This document shows, one piece after another, positions 45,066-60,100 of a DNA stretch of 64,000 bases. The translations under genes were made by a program, and so were the position numbers. The notes beneath the pieces are model-generated. The model saw only the letters and a program-made list of their open reading frames with translations. It did no database searches and had not been told where the DNA came from. Each line of letters begins with the position of its first letter. The first letter of the stretch is position 1. This stretch comes from Ascidiella aspersa (lineage: Eukaryota), in NCBI GenBank assembly GCA_963924565.1, contig OZ004611.1, forward strand, positions 20,646,001-20,710,000, written 5' to 3'.

Positions 45066-45283
45066 TGTGAACACCTCTTTAATTTGGAGTTGCTTGTACT
45101 AACAAAATGTAGCAAGCAATGGCGTTTGGTTGTTCCTCCAATCGCTTCTCTCAGAGGCTCAGTTGGTAGAGGTAGGTCCCGGGTATCGTTCAAAACCACA
45201 CTACAGTCTATTGTTTTTCTAGCCTGCCCTGATTGCATCATTGATTGACAGATTCAGTAAGTCTGTGATGGCTTTCGGTGTAC
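45066..45283 (+). mobile_element. Second, decayed copy of the tRNA-module repeat
   Basis: Collinear with 11120-11354 (ttgcttgtactaaca, agcaagca, gctcagttgg, ttgtttttctag, gatggctttcggtgtac), with deletions in the tRNA part. Confidence 0.75.
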
Positions 45284-48200
45284 TAATTATTATGTGAGTT
45301 TTTTTTAGGGGCAACATAATTACAAACACAGAAATGTCGATGAAAGTGAAGGGCGACCTATTATTTTATCTCCTAGGAAAATTTATATTGCACCAGTTGC
45401 AAAAATACTGTGATCTATCGGGGCTAAACAGTGAATTTTCGAGATGCTTGCTTCCCTTTGCTCTAAGTTAGAGATTCATAACCTTTTATGATTGGTGGAT
45501 TTCTTCCATAAGCTCTCAACGCTTTGTGGCCCCCTTACCCAAGCCTTGGATAAAGACGTAAAGGAACGTCTAAAAGTAGGACTTTCAAGCCATGATAAAA
45601 CAATTGTACGAAGTTTATGTGGCTCATAATCCATATAATATATGCCTGTACTATATGCCCGAAGACTGCTGCGCCCCCACAACCCAAGTAAAACCACTTT
45701 ACACTAATGTGTTACTAAGGTGTTAATTTGCTGTGATAAACTAGGCAATAATTACAATATTTTGCGATTCATAATCATGGGGTGGTAATTGAAGATTGTC
45801 CCTCTTCCCGCGCCACACCGCTATAAAAGGGAGGTTGTCTGTAGGATCGAAAAAGTGTTTTAGAAACCAGATAATTTACAGGATTTCTTCAACTTTCGTG
45901 AATACAGTATCGTAACTTAAACAAGGCAGAGCTAAAAGGATAACGCTTGTGAAAAAACTTTAAAACAAAAAAAAATGAATTGTTATGTCATTTACAATAG
46001 CGTGGAAGCACCTTCTCCTAAATTTTAAAACATCACCTAAACTTGTGATTCGCGAACTTGATTCATGGGACCTGATATGGTAAGCCTACTTATGGGGTTT
46101 TGTAAGATTATTCAAAGTTATATATATATTTTTAATTTTGGGTAATATGAATCGGATTTTTTAATTCAATGTGATACTGCAACATCTGGCCACAGTTCAA
46201 CCTTAAACACATAAAAACCTAGGTCCTACCTAAGTTTGACTTGAACGTTGTCTGTGCTAAACCAAGTAAGCTGAAGCAACCCTTCTCCCTATGTCTGGCT
46301 TCGCGAAAAAAGAGAGGAAGGAAAAAGGTAATTCAATCGTCTGCGCGAGGCTGTGCTTATCAAGCGAACAACAAACGCTGAACGCGGCTAAACGCGCCGT
46401 GGCAAGCAGATATCGACCAGTTTTGCTTTTATGCTCATCAGCTTGAGTGATTTACAGCGGCAGAGTTTTCGGGTTGCTCAGCAGAAATCGACTGTAAACT
46501 CGCCATATTGCCAGTGTTTTCACGTCGAAAAGGCAAACTGTGATGTTAGGCAGACTGCGAGGCCACATTCAGCAGATCAGTTTTTGAACAAAACGCTGTA
46601 CGCCATTGAATGTGAGCTTGCAAGTTGGTAATAGACAACTAGTCTGCCTCAGCCTGAGCACATATTTACGCTCTTAAACACCGCGCTGGTTAGTGTCGGA
46701 CAATCAAACATTGCTACGTGTATATGTGCTGAACAAACGACTTAGCTCACCGTCAGTGGCTTGAAATATTTGAACATTCCGGTAGACTTTAATAGCTTAG
46801 TCGCGTCGTTAAATTCAGAAGTGAAAGAAGTAAGCTATTTTGTCAGCGCTGTCATTTTCATAAGCACCTCGGCGGTGTTTCGATTTTACAGTGATTTCTG
46901 CTTCCATTTGCAGTTCGACCGAAGCGGTGGTATAATCCGCTTCCGATATGTCAAGCGAACTAATCCGCTTCGTTTGATTAACTATCGTCCAATTTGTTTT
47001 GGACACGATAAGCGCCAGGGACCGGCGTGTAATGAGGGCTGCGCGATTATTTGTTTACAAGCTTTGCTATTTGTTTGCTTTTGTGGGTCACTTTCTCAAT
47101 ACGATGGTCGGCAATGCATAAACCAAGTTATTGTTAGCAGTTATGACTTGCCTTTCGTTACGGCTCGTTTGTGCTTGCAAAAGAAAGTAGAAGGGTTCTA
47201 ATTCAGAGCTTAACGACTTGAGGCAACCTGTTAGGTACTTCGCATGGTGCGATAATTTAGTGCTGTAAATGCTGTAATGTAACGGCGGTGCGTCGTATTT
47301 TAAGCTTGTTTGTCTTGTATATTATAAAAAAAACAAAAAAACATTCAACTAAGCATTACAAACTGCGGCAGCCTAACGTTGTAATCGTTATTTATGGAAT
47401 TCGGTGCTAGACTACGACTGTATTATTTTACGTAACCTTTTTATTGAATTGTGGCGGTCATTTATCCGGCGGTAAAGTAAACAACAAACTTTGTATTTCG
47501 TTGGCAAGAAACAGTTGCTAAGCATAAAATACCACACTTTATAGTCTTTAAGTCAGTTAATTTATGCAAGCTAGCGTTTTCCTCAAAAACAGAAAAAGTC
47601 CGAAATAAGAGTGCATATATTTAGGCCGCAGTGGGACTGGTACATCTGCTATAATACTAATGTGACAAGAGTATATAAACTGATCACGGAAATATATGTT
47701 TATGCCATGCCGCAAATCCAGCAAAAGCTTCGCGTTAATTACGTTATAACCTATGTTTATGGATGCGATTGGAATTTCGTCGTTTCGCGTATTTGCAATG
47801 CAGGCCGGTGTAAAGAACATACGCCTCCCGGAATGTTACAGCCACGGATATTGGAGACTGCACTCAGTGCACAGCGCCTACACAGGCTTCCTGCGCGCCC
47901 TGTGAGTGAGTCAAAGGGCCGCTTTTTATATTTCTACATACAGCACAGAGCAAAGCATTGTGATTTCCTGCTGCGTTGCTCTGGCCCGACGGGACCCGAG
48001 AGTTTTTCTTGAGCAAGCAAGTGTACTGCAGTGGCCCGGAAATACTCGGCGCGATCGGAGATGGCCCGGGAAGTCTCGCAAGCCAATCGTGCACCTGTAG
48101 CTGCAGTCCGGCCGCTGGCTCCTTTATTAGCTTGGGTGGAACGAATATTGGGAAGAAAGGCTCGATTTAAGTTGGTCAGACAGGCTGGACAGAGCAGGCT

Positions 48201-48786
48201 GCGACTGTCCGACCGTTGTGGCAGCTTGTTTTATTCTATTTCTGTTGCCAGCAAAGAGTTTGCTATGTTGCTTGTTGAGCGATTAAGGATGTAGCATAGC
48301 GGGAGATCTATTTTTTATGTAAACTAGGAATTTAACGTAAATCTAATACAGCTCTTTTTGCACTTTAAACGTTCCCAATCGGTTCTTCTACGATGCACAT
48401 TAATTTGTGTTTAAAATGTGTCAGCCTTGTTTCGAGCAAAGCTTAAACGTTTCTTAAACGGAGATTTCTTGAGGTCTCGCGTTTAATCCTTAAATGCGCA
48501 AAAAGCTAGGTTGTAAGATGTTTGGTTGACTTAATCGTTTAACTTTAAAAAACAATAGAAGACTGAAAACCTGTGTATTTCGCCCGTAACTCAATTTGTT
48601 TTCTTATTGCAGAGATTTAGCAACTTACAGATTCGTCCGACGTAATTTAACTTATAATAATTGGCGATGTATGTAATCGGCGCGTGCGCCACGCCATCAC
48701 GGCAGAGGAGTTCGACATCGACCTCCACAAAATCACAAACAAAATCAAGTAAAACGACGACGGCCGTCCAAACCGTCAAGGCAAGA

Positions 48787-48966
48787 ATGCCCACGAACGC
48801 TGCTGCGCTTTTCATTTTTCTTCTATTTATTAACGTTGCCGACGTTGTCGATGCGACGGAAAACAGCTTTAACCTGAAGGTGCTGGGAAAACTGGCGAAA
48901 CCATTCAGCAGCTTGGAGGAATCCAAATCACGTACACGCCGCGAAGCGGAAATCTCCTTTGCAAGG
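48787..48966 (+). CDS. First coding exon of an unidentified secreted or membrane pre-pro-protein (continues beyond the window)
   Basis: MPTNAAALFIFLLFINVADVVDA resembles a signal peptide, followed by a short pro-region ending in the furin-type site RTRR. Acceptor ttattgcag at 48612 and phase-0 donor AGG|gtacgt at 48966/48967. No convincing next exon found. Confidence 0.65.
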
Positions 48967-51900
48967 GTACGTTTTTATCTGTGTAATAATAGGCTAAAGC
49001 TAGACTTTTCAGGCATGCTTTTATTTCCAATATAACAAACAGTGCTACTGAGAATTGGGAAAAATAATTTGGCCATTTTGTTAAAAGTTATTCTTTAAGG
49101 TTTGAGAAAATTGGTTTTCGCTCTACATGATAGTTAGACATATAGCACAAAAATAGATTTGAATATGAAGTTATGAACCTTTTACCTTTTATTGGCTGCG
49201 CGTTTGTGCTGTTAAAAAATTTCCGCTAAAATTCGCTCGACGTGATGCCGCCTTTTTAGGTTCTTTCTACACAACAAGTCGAAAGGGCGCAAATTCCGGT
49301 TTCGTTCTATTTACAGATAGGTAAATTTGTAGGTCAAGGAGGATAGGCGTTCGTCAGCTCTAACTTAATTTGTTATCTCTTTGCTAATTCAACGATATAA
49401 ACTAGAATTTTTGCGTTTATAGCGCTGAATGTGACTGACTACGTATTCGCAATCCGGTTTATGGCGGCTGTAGGTAACAGCGGTTCAAATACGTAAACTA
49501 TAAAGGCTTAGTGAGAAATTCAACTCTGGGGCAGTTTATTGGCCTACCAAATTCCTGATCGTTAACCAACACCCTAATAAAACGAAATAACTCCGGTAAT
49601 TATTTGATCGTTTATGGAGTTCGTTGGATGCGTTAGGAGATTTGTCGGGATCGAAAAGTTATAAAACTTCTGAACAATGCACGGGGGTTTTTAAAACAGT
49701 TTATTGTTTATTACACCGTTTCGCAGAAGTGTTAGACCGCGTTGTCCCAATAAAACATAATATAGGGAAATGAATGATTCACGGTGTATCAATCTTTGAC
49801 AAAATAAAAATAGCTCATTAATGTTTATGAACCTATATTTGTTTTCGGGAACTGTAATCACATTTTAGAGATAAATAAAATAAAAAAAACGAGAGATTCG
49901 TTATACACGTATAGAGGGGAAATGTTAAGCATTAAAGTCGAAAATCAGCTGCAAAACGTGAAGCACGCTCAGTTTTGAACTTCTAAACTAAGCTTCCGTT
50001 TGCCGTTTTTCGACGCCGTTCGGCGAAAATATTTAGCGAGGGCTATTGTAACCGGCACGACCCTCGGGTTTCGCAAAGCTTTTTGTATACGTGCTTAATG
50101 AAGCAACAAGGGCTCGGTTGAATAATTGATTACGACCTATATGAGCTACACAGCTCGCGGCCAATTGGTTTATCTCTCAAGACGACAAGGCAGCTCCAAT
50201 TCCTTCCGCCTAATTCTGCCCCATCTATGACGTAATGACTACCTGTGGCATTGTGACGTCACGTGCACGGGCTCTGCAGTCGGCAGTTTTTGCTTACCAG
50301 GATATTTACAGCAATGATAAGATTAGGGGTGCTTCACTATAGTCTTACGACATAGTATGAGGAAGTTGCTTTGTGCAACCTTGCCAAACAAATTTGCAAA
50401 CTTGCCAAACAAGGATACGATAACAGTCTTGGAAATCCCGATATTTTTTCATGGCTTACTGAGTGAGTGACTCGAAGGTGTTTTAACTGAGTTGAACAAA
50501 ACAGTAGTTTCATTTCCTTGTGGGGTCGAAACGTGATGTCATTTATAGAAAAATGTTGATTTTGCTCTTTGGTAAGTCAGCATTCTACAATATGTTAACG
50601 AAATGAAGTCAATGCGTAAGACTTCCTAAATTTGTACTTCTCAATTTAATCTGTCGAAGAAAGTTGACGCGACGACAAAAGTCCCTGGAAGTTCCCAACC
50701 TAGAAATCGTTAAAATCGATGCTAAAACATACAAATTGTGTCTAATTTATTCCGCATCAGTAATGGAAAATTCGTCCGCTAAGTTCCTATTGCACAAAAC
50801 GCTGCTGGAAGCATTTTGCTTCTACCAAATGCAACGATATATCACAGGTTAATATTTAGTAGAGAAGCAAAAAACACTTTTGAATTATATTTTGTTATTT
50901 CTAATTTGTTTCATGGTAATTGTAATGAATGTAGGAAATGTCCCTACTTAGTTTCCAATGTACAAAATTCTGCGATAATTTTAAAGCAGTTTAGGCGCCT
51001 GTGACCAGTAAAAAACATGCGAAAAGTTAAATCACCTTTGACAAAAGTCAAGTGTATTTTCGAACTTCTGAAATAATGGACTTAGGGTTTTTACTATTTA
51101 TGACGTAGCTGCTTGTGGCGCGCATTGTGCAATTAAATCAATAGTGTCATTAAACGCATATAAACATGCGTTTCTAGCTTGTTTCGTCCGCTGTATGAGC
51201 CTATACTTTAGAAAAGTGATACTTCACGACATGTTAGTGTAGGAAAAAGGTAATAAAATCGGATGCGCATGACCCCTGTAACATAAATGTTGACTTCCTC
51301 GTGCGCTAACACCTAAACCCCTTTAACCGCTCTTGTATACTCGCTTGTTTTTGATTAGGTTAAGTGTATTAGCGCATTACGTTATAAGCTATTTTCGTAA
51401 CAACTTACTACAGCGTCTGGCGTTGGGCACTGGTTTCTTTTAAATCTGTTCAGAAAGAAGGCGTGTCATTAATCGTGGAAACACAGACTATTTAAACAGA
51501 CCGGCCGGTGTTGGCAGCTTCCCTTCACAAAACCGACCCCTTGTAAAACATACGCAACGTCAACATATCTAAAGTTTCGCTCAAGGATAGCGATTTACCC
51601 CGGTTAAGCGCCGCCCTCGACCTCTCTGATTGGACGCTGTTTTCGTCAATTACAGGCCGTTATCGCTCAACACACATAGTCGCACACGTGTTAGGATCAC
51701 TCACGGTTGTAAAATGAATTTGCGACTTCCTTTAAATGTTTAGCGCGCGTATAGTACCCTCGCGCCTTGTCAAACAGCGGCCGGCGCCAGCGACTAAAAG
51801 TGAGAAACTCTGTTGCTAAGAATTGGCCTCAGAGTTACAGAAACTGTTATCGAGGTATAACACCGTCGAACACCACTTTTCGGTTGCGTTATCCGCCCCT

Positions 51901-53724
51901 TTAGGTTTGTAAGCCAAGAAAAACATGTCAAAAATGAACCGGAACAGGTGGATTGGTTATTTCCCACATATGGGTTGTCGCACCAATGTTGTCCACTCAA
52001 ACAGGTTCTTTCCTCTATAAATAGAAGATCAATTTGGAAAGCGGCCTAAGTAACAGGTTCAACCACTTCCATAAAACGTCACACATCCGCTGTCATTGCA
52101 ACGTCAAGATTCTCGTGAATGAAGCGGACGTTGCTGTGGCGTGTTGAAATGAAACATGCAATGCTTCCGAATATAGCACGCGCACGCCTGATGCATGGAC
52201 GCCCGCGCATCAAACGATGAGGTAACCGCAAAACAACACGCGACGTCAAAAACAAGGTCGTCATCGCGCTTCGAACCGGCGTAAACCCGCGGCGCGAATT
52301 TAAAAGCAAGGTACCCTGGATTTTCCCGATTTACCGTCGGGAATCGACCGCTGCTCTTTCGGATAAATGGAACGAGGAGCATATTAGCGACGCCGAGATG
52401 ACAGGAGACTTCTAAGCGGGTCGCATTTGACGCGTTAAAGACAAAAATGTACACACGCTGACGTGGGATGCACCTGGTGTCATTTTTACCAAGAACCGAA
52501 CACGCATATACAAAAGTGACGTGTTATTTTAGTTTCAAACGAAGATTTTCGGGATGTGTTTGTCCTGCATTTCTTTCATTCTATTTTGGGCGCTGGAAAA
52601 CCCATTTAAAATAAAACAATTGACATATTAATAGGACAGCATTACATTATACAAGTCTTAACTTCCCCAGAAAGGCAACGATGACTTCATCCTCCCTATA
52701 CGTGACTTATCAAACTTACTTTTCGGCGCAATCGAAATAATTCCCTGTCGAATTCATTGATCTCGCACGAATTTAAACGCGAGATCGACGACCAGGGAGA
52801 CTCGCTTTCCGCGCTAGGCTTGACAAAACGTATCGACCGCGCAAGTAAAAGTCAAGGTCGTGGCATTACGGGCCGCTTGTCGTCGTTAATGGACCCTGTT
52901 TTTCGTGCGTCGATAAATTAGATGTTGTCCGGGATTGTGTTGGTTCGATTCGCGTTCTGTGTTATATATGCGCACGCAATGCGCCGGAACTGATGTGCAA
53001 TGCTTGCCAACGCCGAGCCGCTTGTCTTGTTAATATTTCATGAGCGCTTCGCTGCGTTTTTTCTGTTGCTGGTCTGCCTTTGGATCGGGAGTCCTAAACG
53101 TAACTTACATATGCGGAGTCGGGAAAGCTTCGCAGCTGGCCTAACACATGCGGAAAATTAATCTAAATAATGTTTTGAATGATTTAGTAACGTTAATGGA
53201 CGCTCCAACTGGATAATCAATTGTGAGCCACAATGCTCTACACAAGGACCACAATGCTCTACACAAAATGGCAGAAGTTTGCACAAAAATATTTCAAAAG
53301 TCAATAAATAAATGAATATTTCTTAGCTTTGGTTATAATGTAGAGTAAGTGTGTCACAGGAATGTATTTGTTTTTAGAATAAAATATTTGAAGCATGCCA
53401 CCTCTATCGATTTTAAAATGTTAAGGTAGTCACACAACTCCTGTAATGTAATGTACCGTAAATCGTAAACAAACCGGTCGAAGAAAAGTGACTAAACTTA
53501 ATTAACCGAAGCGCCAATGGGACAAACACGACGGTCGGACGAAAAGCGAGCGACCCAAAATTTGAGCGATCCGAACTCAGATAACGTCGGCGCGAAACGC
53601 GCGATGCATTCTCAAGTTGCTCGAATGCGCTCGCTTTTGTAAACAGTCGCTTAAAATCCGAATTCGCGCCGACTGTTGTTGGTCGTTAACCGGTGAAGTA
53701 GGCGTCATTTCTGGCACTTCACAG

Positions 53725-54173
53725 CAGTGTTGAAAACAAGCCAGTTTGGAATGACTTACCCCAGTAAGTTATTTAAAAAATAACTCAAGTCCAAGTGAAG
53801 TCTTTTGCAAAAATAACAAGACAAGTCCCACAACAAGTCATCGGTTACCCAAGTCATGTCCCAGTCAAGTCATTATGGTTTTCAAGTCATGTCATTGACA
53901 TATAAGTAAACTGTTAAACTATTAAAATTGGTAAACTCGTCCGATTATAAGCAACAATTTAACTAAAAAAATAACTCAAACGCAATATACAGCAATAAAA
54001 GTGTTTAATTTGCATGACTTGAGATAAATTTTAATCCCAAAGTTACTTGACAAAATTGCTTAAGTCTAAGTCAAGTCATTTTGATCAAATGACTTAAGTC
54101 GAGTCAAGTCATTTGAAAACAGTGACTTAGGTGGACTTAAGTCAAGTCAACGACTTAAATCATTACAAAACTG
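53725..54173. mobile_element. Non-autonomous hAT-like element rich in AAGTC/GACTT pentamers
   Basis: CAGTGTTG / CAAAACTG termini; perfect TSD cttcacag; same family as 19809-20194. A decayed inverted relative lies at ~37380-37585. Confidence 0.85.
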
Positions 54174-57100
54174 CTTCACAGTCAGTCGTGTGCAGCTTTG
54201 CTGGTGGGCAATAATGGCCTCTGGGATTGAATTAGCGATCGGGCTGTCTGAAATGGCGGCCACAAAGATGGTGACGGTTGTGTGGTATCCTGTCGGTAAT
54301 TTGTGATTGCGAGACAAGTAGAACGTCTTTGCCTGACCCGTCTAGCAATGGGAAGCGTTTAACACGCTTGCTTTTTAAGAATTTGTGATTCTTTAGACCT
54401 TCGTATGTAATATTCAACATAAAAAAACTTCTATTTTACTAGAATGCAAAAGAAGTCCCTATGTGCATGGTTGTGTGCAACCTTTATGAAATAAATGTTT
54501 TCAATGTGTCTCGTATTATTTAGAATGTTTTTGATCCAAGTTTATTGTAGTTATTTATATGACCTAATCCTCTATTTTATTTAATTATATCTTTAGGCCC
54601 ACGCATAGGCGACGGAAAATAATTGGAGGTGAAATTTTAAAATAGTCCAAAGCATCCATTTTAAGCTCATAGTGGTTGTTAATAGACACCTTTAATTACA
54701 CATGCCCGCACTTTACCACCTTATAAGACACAACACGCGTTTAGGAGCCGTGCTTACTGGCGAACGTCCGTATATGCCGAGCGGGCATAGCCTTGTTGTG
54801 CTCGGTCGTAAACGCAATTACGGATTGAAATAAGTTCGGCCAGTCGCCTGTGCGCCCGTATTTTCACATAGCCGCCCTTCTAATTAACTCGTAACTTTGC
54901 GTAATTACGAGTCATTCAGAAGCGGTATTTCTACTGCCCACTACGCGCGTGGGCAAAACGCTATGAGGATGTACGCCAACGTACGCGAGCCGCATTTGAG
55001 AAACTTACTGCGCGAAAGCGTCTCGTGACCTGAAGTTTCCGCTTGACTAAAATGGCGTGTTCACGCTTTTTATACCCTTGCTGGCGTTGCAACTTGACGT
55101 GTGAAGGCAGAAGGGCCTTTCTCAATATTTGGGACAAAAACTGGCATCTGTGTTTGCCGCCAATTTACAAAGAAACCCCTATATCAGTGTTTTTAAGGTG
55201 TTTTAGTGACCGAAACGGATATCTTACTTGTCACCAAGGGCTAACATTGAAAAAATGTTTAGCAGGGACTAGTGCTAAAAATGGTTTGCAGAAATTATAA
55301 CATAATTATCGCTCTTCTCACCATAATTTATATTTTTTAGGCGTAATACGTCTTGTAATAATTCCAAAGTACAATTTAAAGGCTTTTCCATTCACTTCAT
55401 TAATTGGTCCATTTTTTTACCGATTTTCTGTAAACTTAAAATACTGTGCGTGAACAAACGACACTTTCGTTGACGTGGTTCTGATTAATCCAAATAACTG
55501 TTATTAATACGTTGAGTGTTACTCAACTCAACAAAGACCCACGCATTATTTTTCTGTTGGGGTCCACGTGAAGTACTGAGAAATAGTCAAAAACTATTTA
55601 AAAAATTCCTAATAACCAGTGTTGGCTTGGCCGAATCATGCACATGGCCCTGCTTGAATCACCAGGATTTGAACGTAAACTTGGACAAACGAGCGATTGT
55701 TTCGCAACAACTGACGCACAGCCGTGACGCGTTACACATGAGCAACGAGCTGGATAAAAGGAATGCGGGGATTTGCTTTTCGCCTGCCCGATTTACGCGG
55801 AAAGTTTGGGTCAAATCGAGCCAAACGTTTCTGCTGTGCAACGAGAAGTAACGCAGCATAAAATGTAATCTCCTTGTTGTTCGATTCTCCAGCTGGCAAA
55901 AAATTCGCCTTCGGCCGTTTATTGCACTCCTATGCCAATTCTCGTGACGCAATACCGTCGCATTTCATTGTTGACGACGTCAGATTTACAGGAAATGCTC
56001 CAATGTATTCAATTTACCAGTAGCACATATGACACACTGGACACCAGTCATTTTCAAACGTACGTACACACACCGCAACCAAGGCATTGTGATGTCATAA
56101 TTTGTTGACTTGCCTGGCGACTTAACGGCTTAAAGAGTTTTGCCTTTCGGGTTAATCGCCGAGCGCTCTGCGGTTAGTCGAAGTTTATTGTTGGTCTTTG
56201 GAAATCTGAAGCTCATAAATCTTCTCCAAAAGGCCAGTCGCTGTTCGTCGAAATCCTCCCGGGATTAAGGCCGACCATGGCGGCAAGAACAAAAACTTAA
56301 CAGTTGCGCATATAGTCAGAAATCACGACAAGCGCTAGCTTCTTGACAATTTTAAATCAATCCACAAAAAACCGACGACGAGATCACGCGCAGTTTTTAC
56401 TGGACATCGGTACTTTTGCGATAGCACCTGTTGGGTCCTGCTTCGATCTTCATAAACTTTCGTTGCAAATTCGAAAAATGGTCAAAAATATTTTTTTTTA
56501 AATTAATTATTTCCTGAATTTAGTATTTTTTTTATTGAAATTACAAAAAAACGTGTATTAGGTTCCAAAGTTTACTGGTAGCCACCACAAAAACATAGTT
56601 TTATCCAATATAATGGCCTTAGCATTTTTAATAAAGTTTGTCACAATGTTAGTAAGCGTCCAAGAAACTGCATTAATAGACTCAAACATTGCCTTTTACG
56701 GAAATCAACAAACCCTTGTGTCATTGTTTTTGTTTTGAATCATCCTCGTTCCGATATCACAACAATGCTGCGATTAACTCGTTTGCCACGAAAAGGAAAG
56801 TGAAGAGACGTTTTGTCTCCTTGACATGAATCCGATCCAACTGTCGCCGCCGTGAAAAAATATGAGTCACATCGATATCGCTGCAGTTATGAGCTCGAAG
56901 GTTTTCATTTGATCAAATCTCTCGCACATTATGAACTATTTGCGATCCGATTTTGAATCGTGTTTGCGAAAACAACCACTCGGTATAAATTTCCCTTTGC
57001 TAATGCTGCGTTATGTAAGTCAACAGCCCGAGAACCACGCGATTTTATTTATCAAAAACACGAAAAGAATATTTTGCATTACCCAAACAAATGACAAAAA

Positions 57101-60100
57101 AACGCACCCGTCAAATAACTGACAGGCTATATTATCAAATCGGCAAACTGTTGTGCAGCTTTGGGAGTAACATAGTATCCAGATAATTAGAAGACAATTC
57201 CTAAAGCATACAAAGGCAATATATAAAAGAAAAAAATCCTTGTCATCCTTGAAACTTCATCAAAAATCGATTAATGTTTTACTTGAATCAATTCCCCAGC
57301 AAAACCTCAAATAATTCAAAGTATATTGGAATGGAACCTTTTCATGTCTAAGTTAATCATCGTAATGGATCGTACGGGACCCTTACTTTTGCAGCGAAGC
57401 GAAACACCACACGAGATCTTGCTCAGCCAAAGACAAATAAGGTTTATTCGATTGACAGAATGCGAGATTAGCCCCAAATCGTGAAACGCGACACCTTTCG
57501 TGGGTTACGGGGTGAAAACGAGACGCTCCCACCAATGAATTATCAAGTTGAGAAGTGGAGAGACGAACAATTGAATCTGTGAGTGTCCGATGACCAATGC
57601 CTGGCGCGAATCACGGGTAAATAAGATGGCCGATCGGCGAAACGCGTCACGCCCGAACGGACGCGCGTCACTTGCTTTCGCTTGTTCGTTTGTGACTCAA
57701 CAATCGAGTCGATTTTGTGTGCGAAATCCTTAAACGACGCCAAATCCGCGATTTCGGCTCTTTCTCTTGGTTTCTGACTCAGCCCAGGATAACGGTTCCG
57801 GTTCGGAAATCACCGTTCCACTTCAGACGTCTGGGGAGTCGCGGTCCCCCCGGCAACTCTCCCCTCCCCCTGGCCCGCGTGACGTCACGATGTCCGCCGG
57901 CGTCGAGTTAATGGCTCTGCTGGCGTCGCGAGATCGACCTTTTGCTAGTTTTTACGACGTGTGATGGGAAAAGCTAATAATATTTTATAAGTTCGCGAAA
58001 ATTAGCTGCTTTTGCCGGTTCTGTCCCGAACCTCGGCGTCGCGAAGTCTTACAAATTGTCGATGCAAGATGATGTCAACGGTCATTACGTAACGCCAGCA
58101 AACAATGTGACAATTCTCCAGTTTATTTTCGCCAGACCATTTAGTGTTTTAAAAGCCGGCCATTTATAACAATGCGAAACTTCGCCATCTGCGAGGAAGT
58201 TTTCTTCATAACATTGTTCAAATTAAAAGCGATGTTTTTGTTTGGCGGTTACAAGGAGTCGGATGGGCAAGGCAAAATATAGTCTCTCAGGCACCTCGCA
58301 ATTCTTCTGTTTTTGCGGTGTCCTGAATGTAGCAGACTTGACTCTCTCTCGCCCGATCGCTTAAATCGGATTATGATGTCATATTAGAGGCAAGTGACCT
58401 TACGAAATATTGAGCGAACAACTTTCTTTGCAAACTGCTGATAAGAATTCATCTTTTATTGTAACGTTATGAATGTGTTCCTCATCGTTTGTAAACAATG
58501 TCGTTTTGCCGTTAAACGCTGTATGGACGATTGTAAAACAGGCGAAAAATAATAGATTGTAACAAATTGCGTTTTATTGTTACTCAATAGATCTGAGAGT
58601 TATTCATTAGAGTGAAAACATTAATTTCTCGTTTTCACGGTACGATTGGGAAAATAACCACGAATATTTAGCGGTATTTGCAATACCTTTCAAATGTCAA
58701 TGGCGATAAACGTTTGATGTAACTTGTCATATTACTCAATTAATGGCGTTGCGCGCGAGCTATTCAATAATTAATCATTTAGGTAACGGCATAGCCGAAG
58801 CATCGTAGAAACTTGAATGGGTTCTCGAAGCCCAAAAAATCTAAAAAAAACTCTAGATTTCTGGTAAGCGTGCTGCTGTGACTAAACCAATGACAATCAC
58901 CTCAAAATAAAACAAAAAACGTTCGGTCTTAACGCCGCCTCTGTATCGATTTCATCTTACAGCGACGAGTCAGCGGCGCTCTATATTAATCAAATATTGC
59001 CGGTCGATGGCGGTGCATTACGACGCGACTGACGTAACCCCGATGCAGGTATCTCTCTGCCAAGTCGGTCGTTACGACCACGGCCGAAGAATTTTCGACC
59101 ACTTTTCTTATGCGCGTTCGCGACTTGCCTCGGCCGACGCTTTCTAATTGCCTTGGGGCCCCTATCTAAATATTGACCTTTTTCGATCGAAAAGTGCGAT
59201 TGATATAATGAATAAAATTTTGAGAACTTTTGCTCTCGTATTTAATATGTATAAAGTAAAACTGGAGCAAAGTTTAATGCCCTAAAAACATTTTCAAAAA
59301 GTACTTTTCGATTTCGATTCTGCAACCCGATGTCAAGTTCTGCTTAAAATCCTGTTGGACCAAGGGTACAGAGTCGTACACCTGCTTATCACAGCCTCCC
59401 AAAACTGGTCGTCATTACTTGGGTGTATAAATCAGCGTCGAGTGATATTAGACTTACATTCGCACGACAAAAGGTTCGCGGCAGTTCCCCCAAAGCATGT
59501 CAATTGTGGCTATTTTTCAGCCCGTCTCCGAAATGACAGGTCGTGGTCTTCCAAAGTGGAACAGGCTTCCCCCCCTGCAATACTGGCTATCGCGTCTTGT
59601 GTATGGACGGCACAGTCGATCCATTAAGCGAAGCAAGGGGCGTTAAATTGCAGCAATTCGCCTCTCGTCGTTATGAATCACACGGAGGCTGTTGTCGCCT
59701 GTCAACCTGTTATCTTTGAGCTTTGGAGCTTTACGACTTTAACTGCCCCATTATGTGTGCTCCAATTAATGTCGAGTTTTATAGTTTCGCAGAACACCGT
59801 AACGCCGGTTTATGTCGCGTTTAAAATCTTTTGCATTTTCCTACAGTTTTCCGATTTTAAAAGAATGCATCTTTGAAAGATGTGTTTTGTGTGGTTGTGT
59901 AGCCTAAAAACTCGTGTTTGCTTTGATTTGGCAATGTTTTGAGTACAATTTTTAAAAGTAAGGTGTGAGTATGTCGGCCACCGGCATGGACAAATCATCA
60001 CCGCCCACCGACCTAACAGTTTTCCAGGATAAATCAGCAAGTCCTCGTTCTTCTATCTGCCTCTTGTAAAAAAAATCAAAGCCCTAAGTGTTGTTCACGC

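Noticed and set aside
52016-52320. TATA-like site plus donor-like motifs as an extra exon or gene
   Set aside because: No coherent acceptor-ORF-donor in phase with the 48966 exon and no recognisable protein.
53228-53266. Short direct duplications (also ~9671-9728, 28448-28488, 32308-32344)
   Set aside because: Two-copy slippage-type duplications with no further structure.
53725-54173. AAGTC-periodic array as CRISPR-like or satellite
   Set aside because: Irregular pentamers bounded by TIRs and an 8-bp TSD; eukaryotic context, no repeat-spacer structure and no cas genes.
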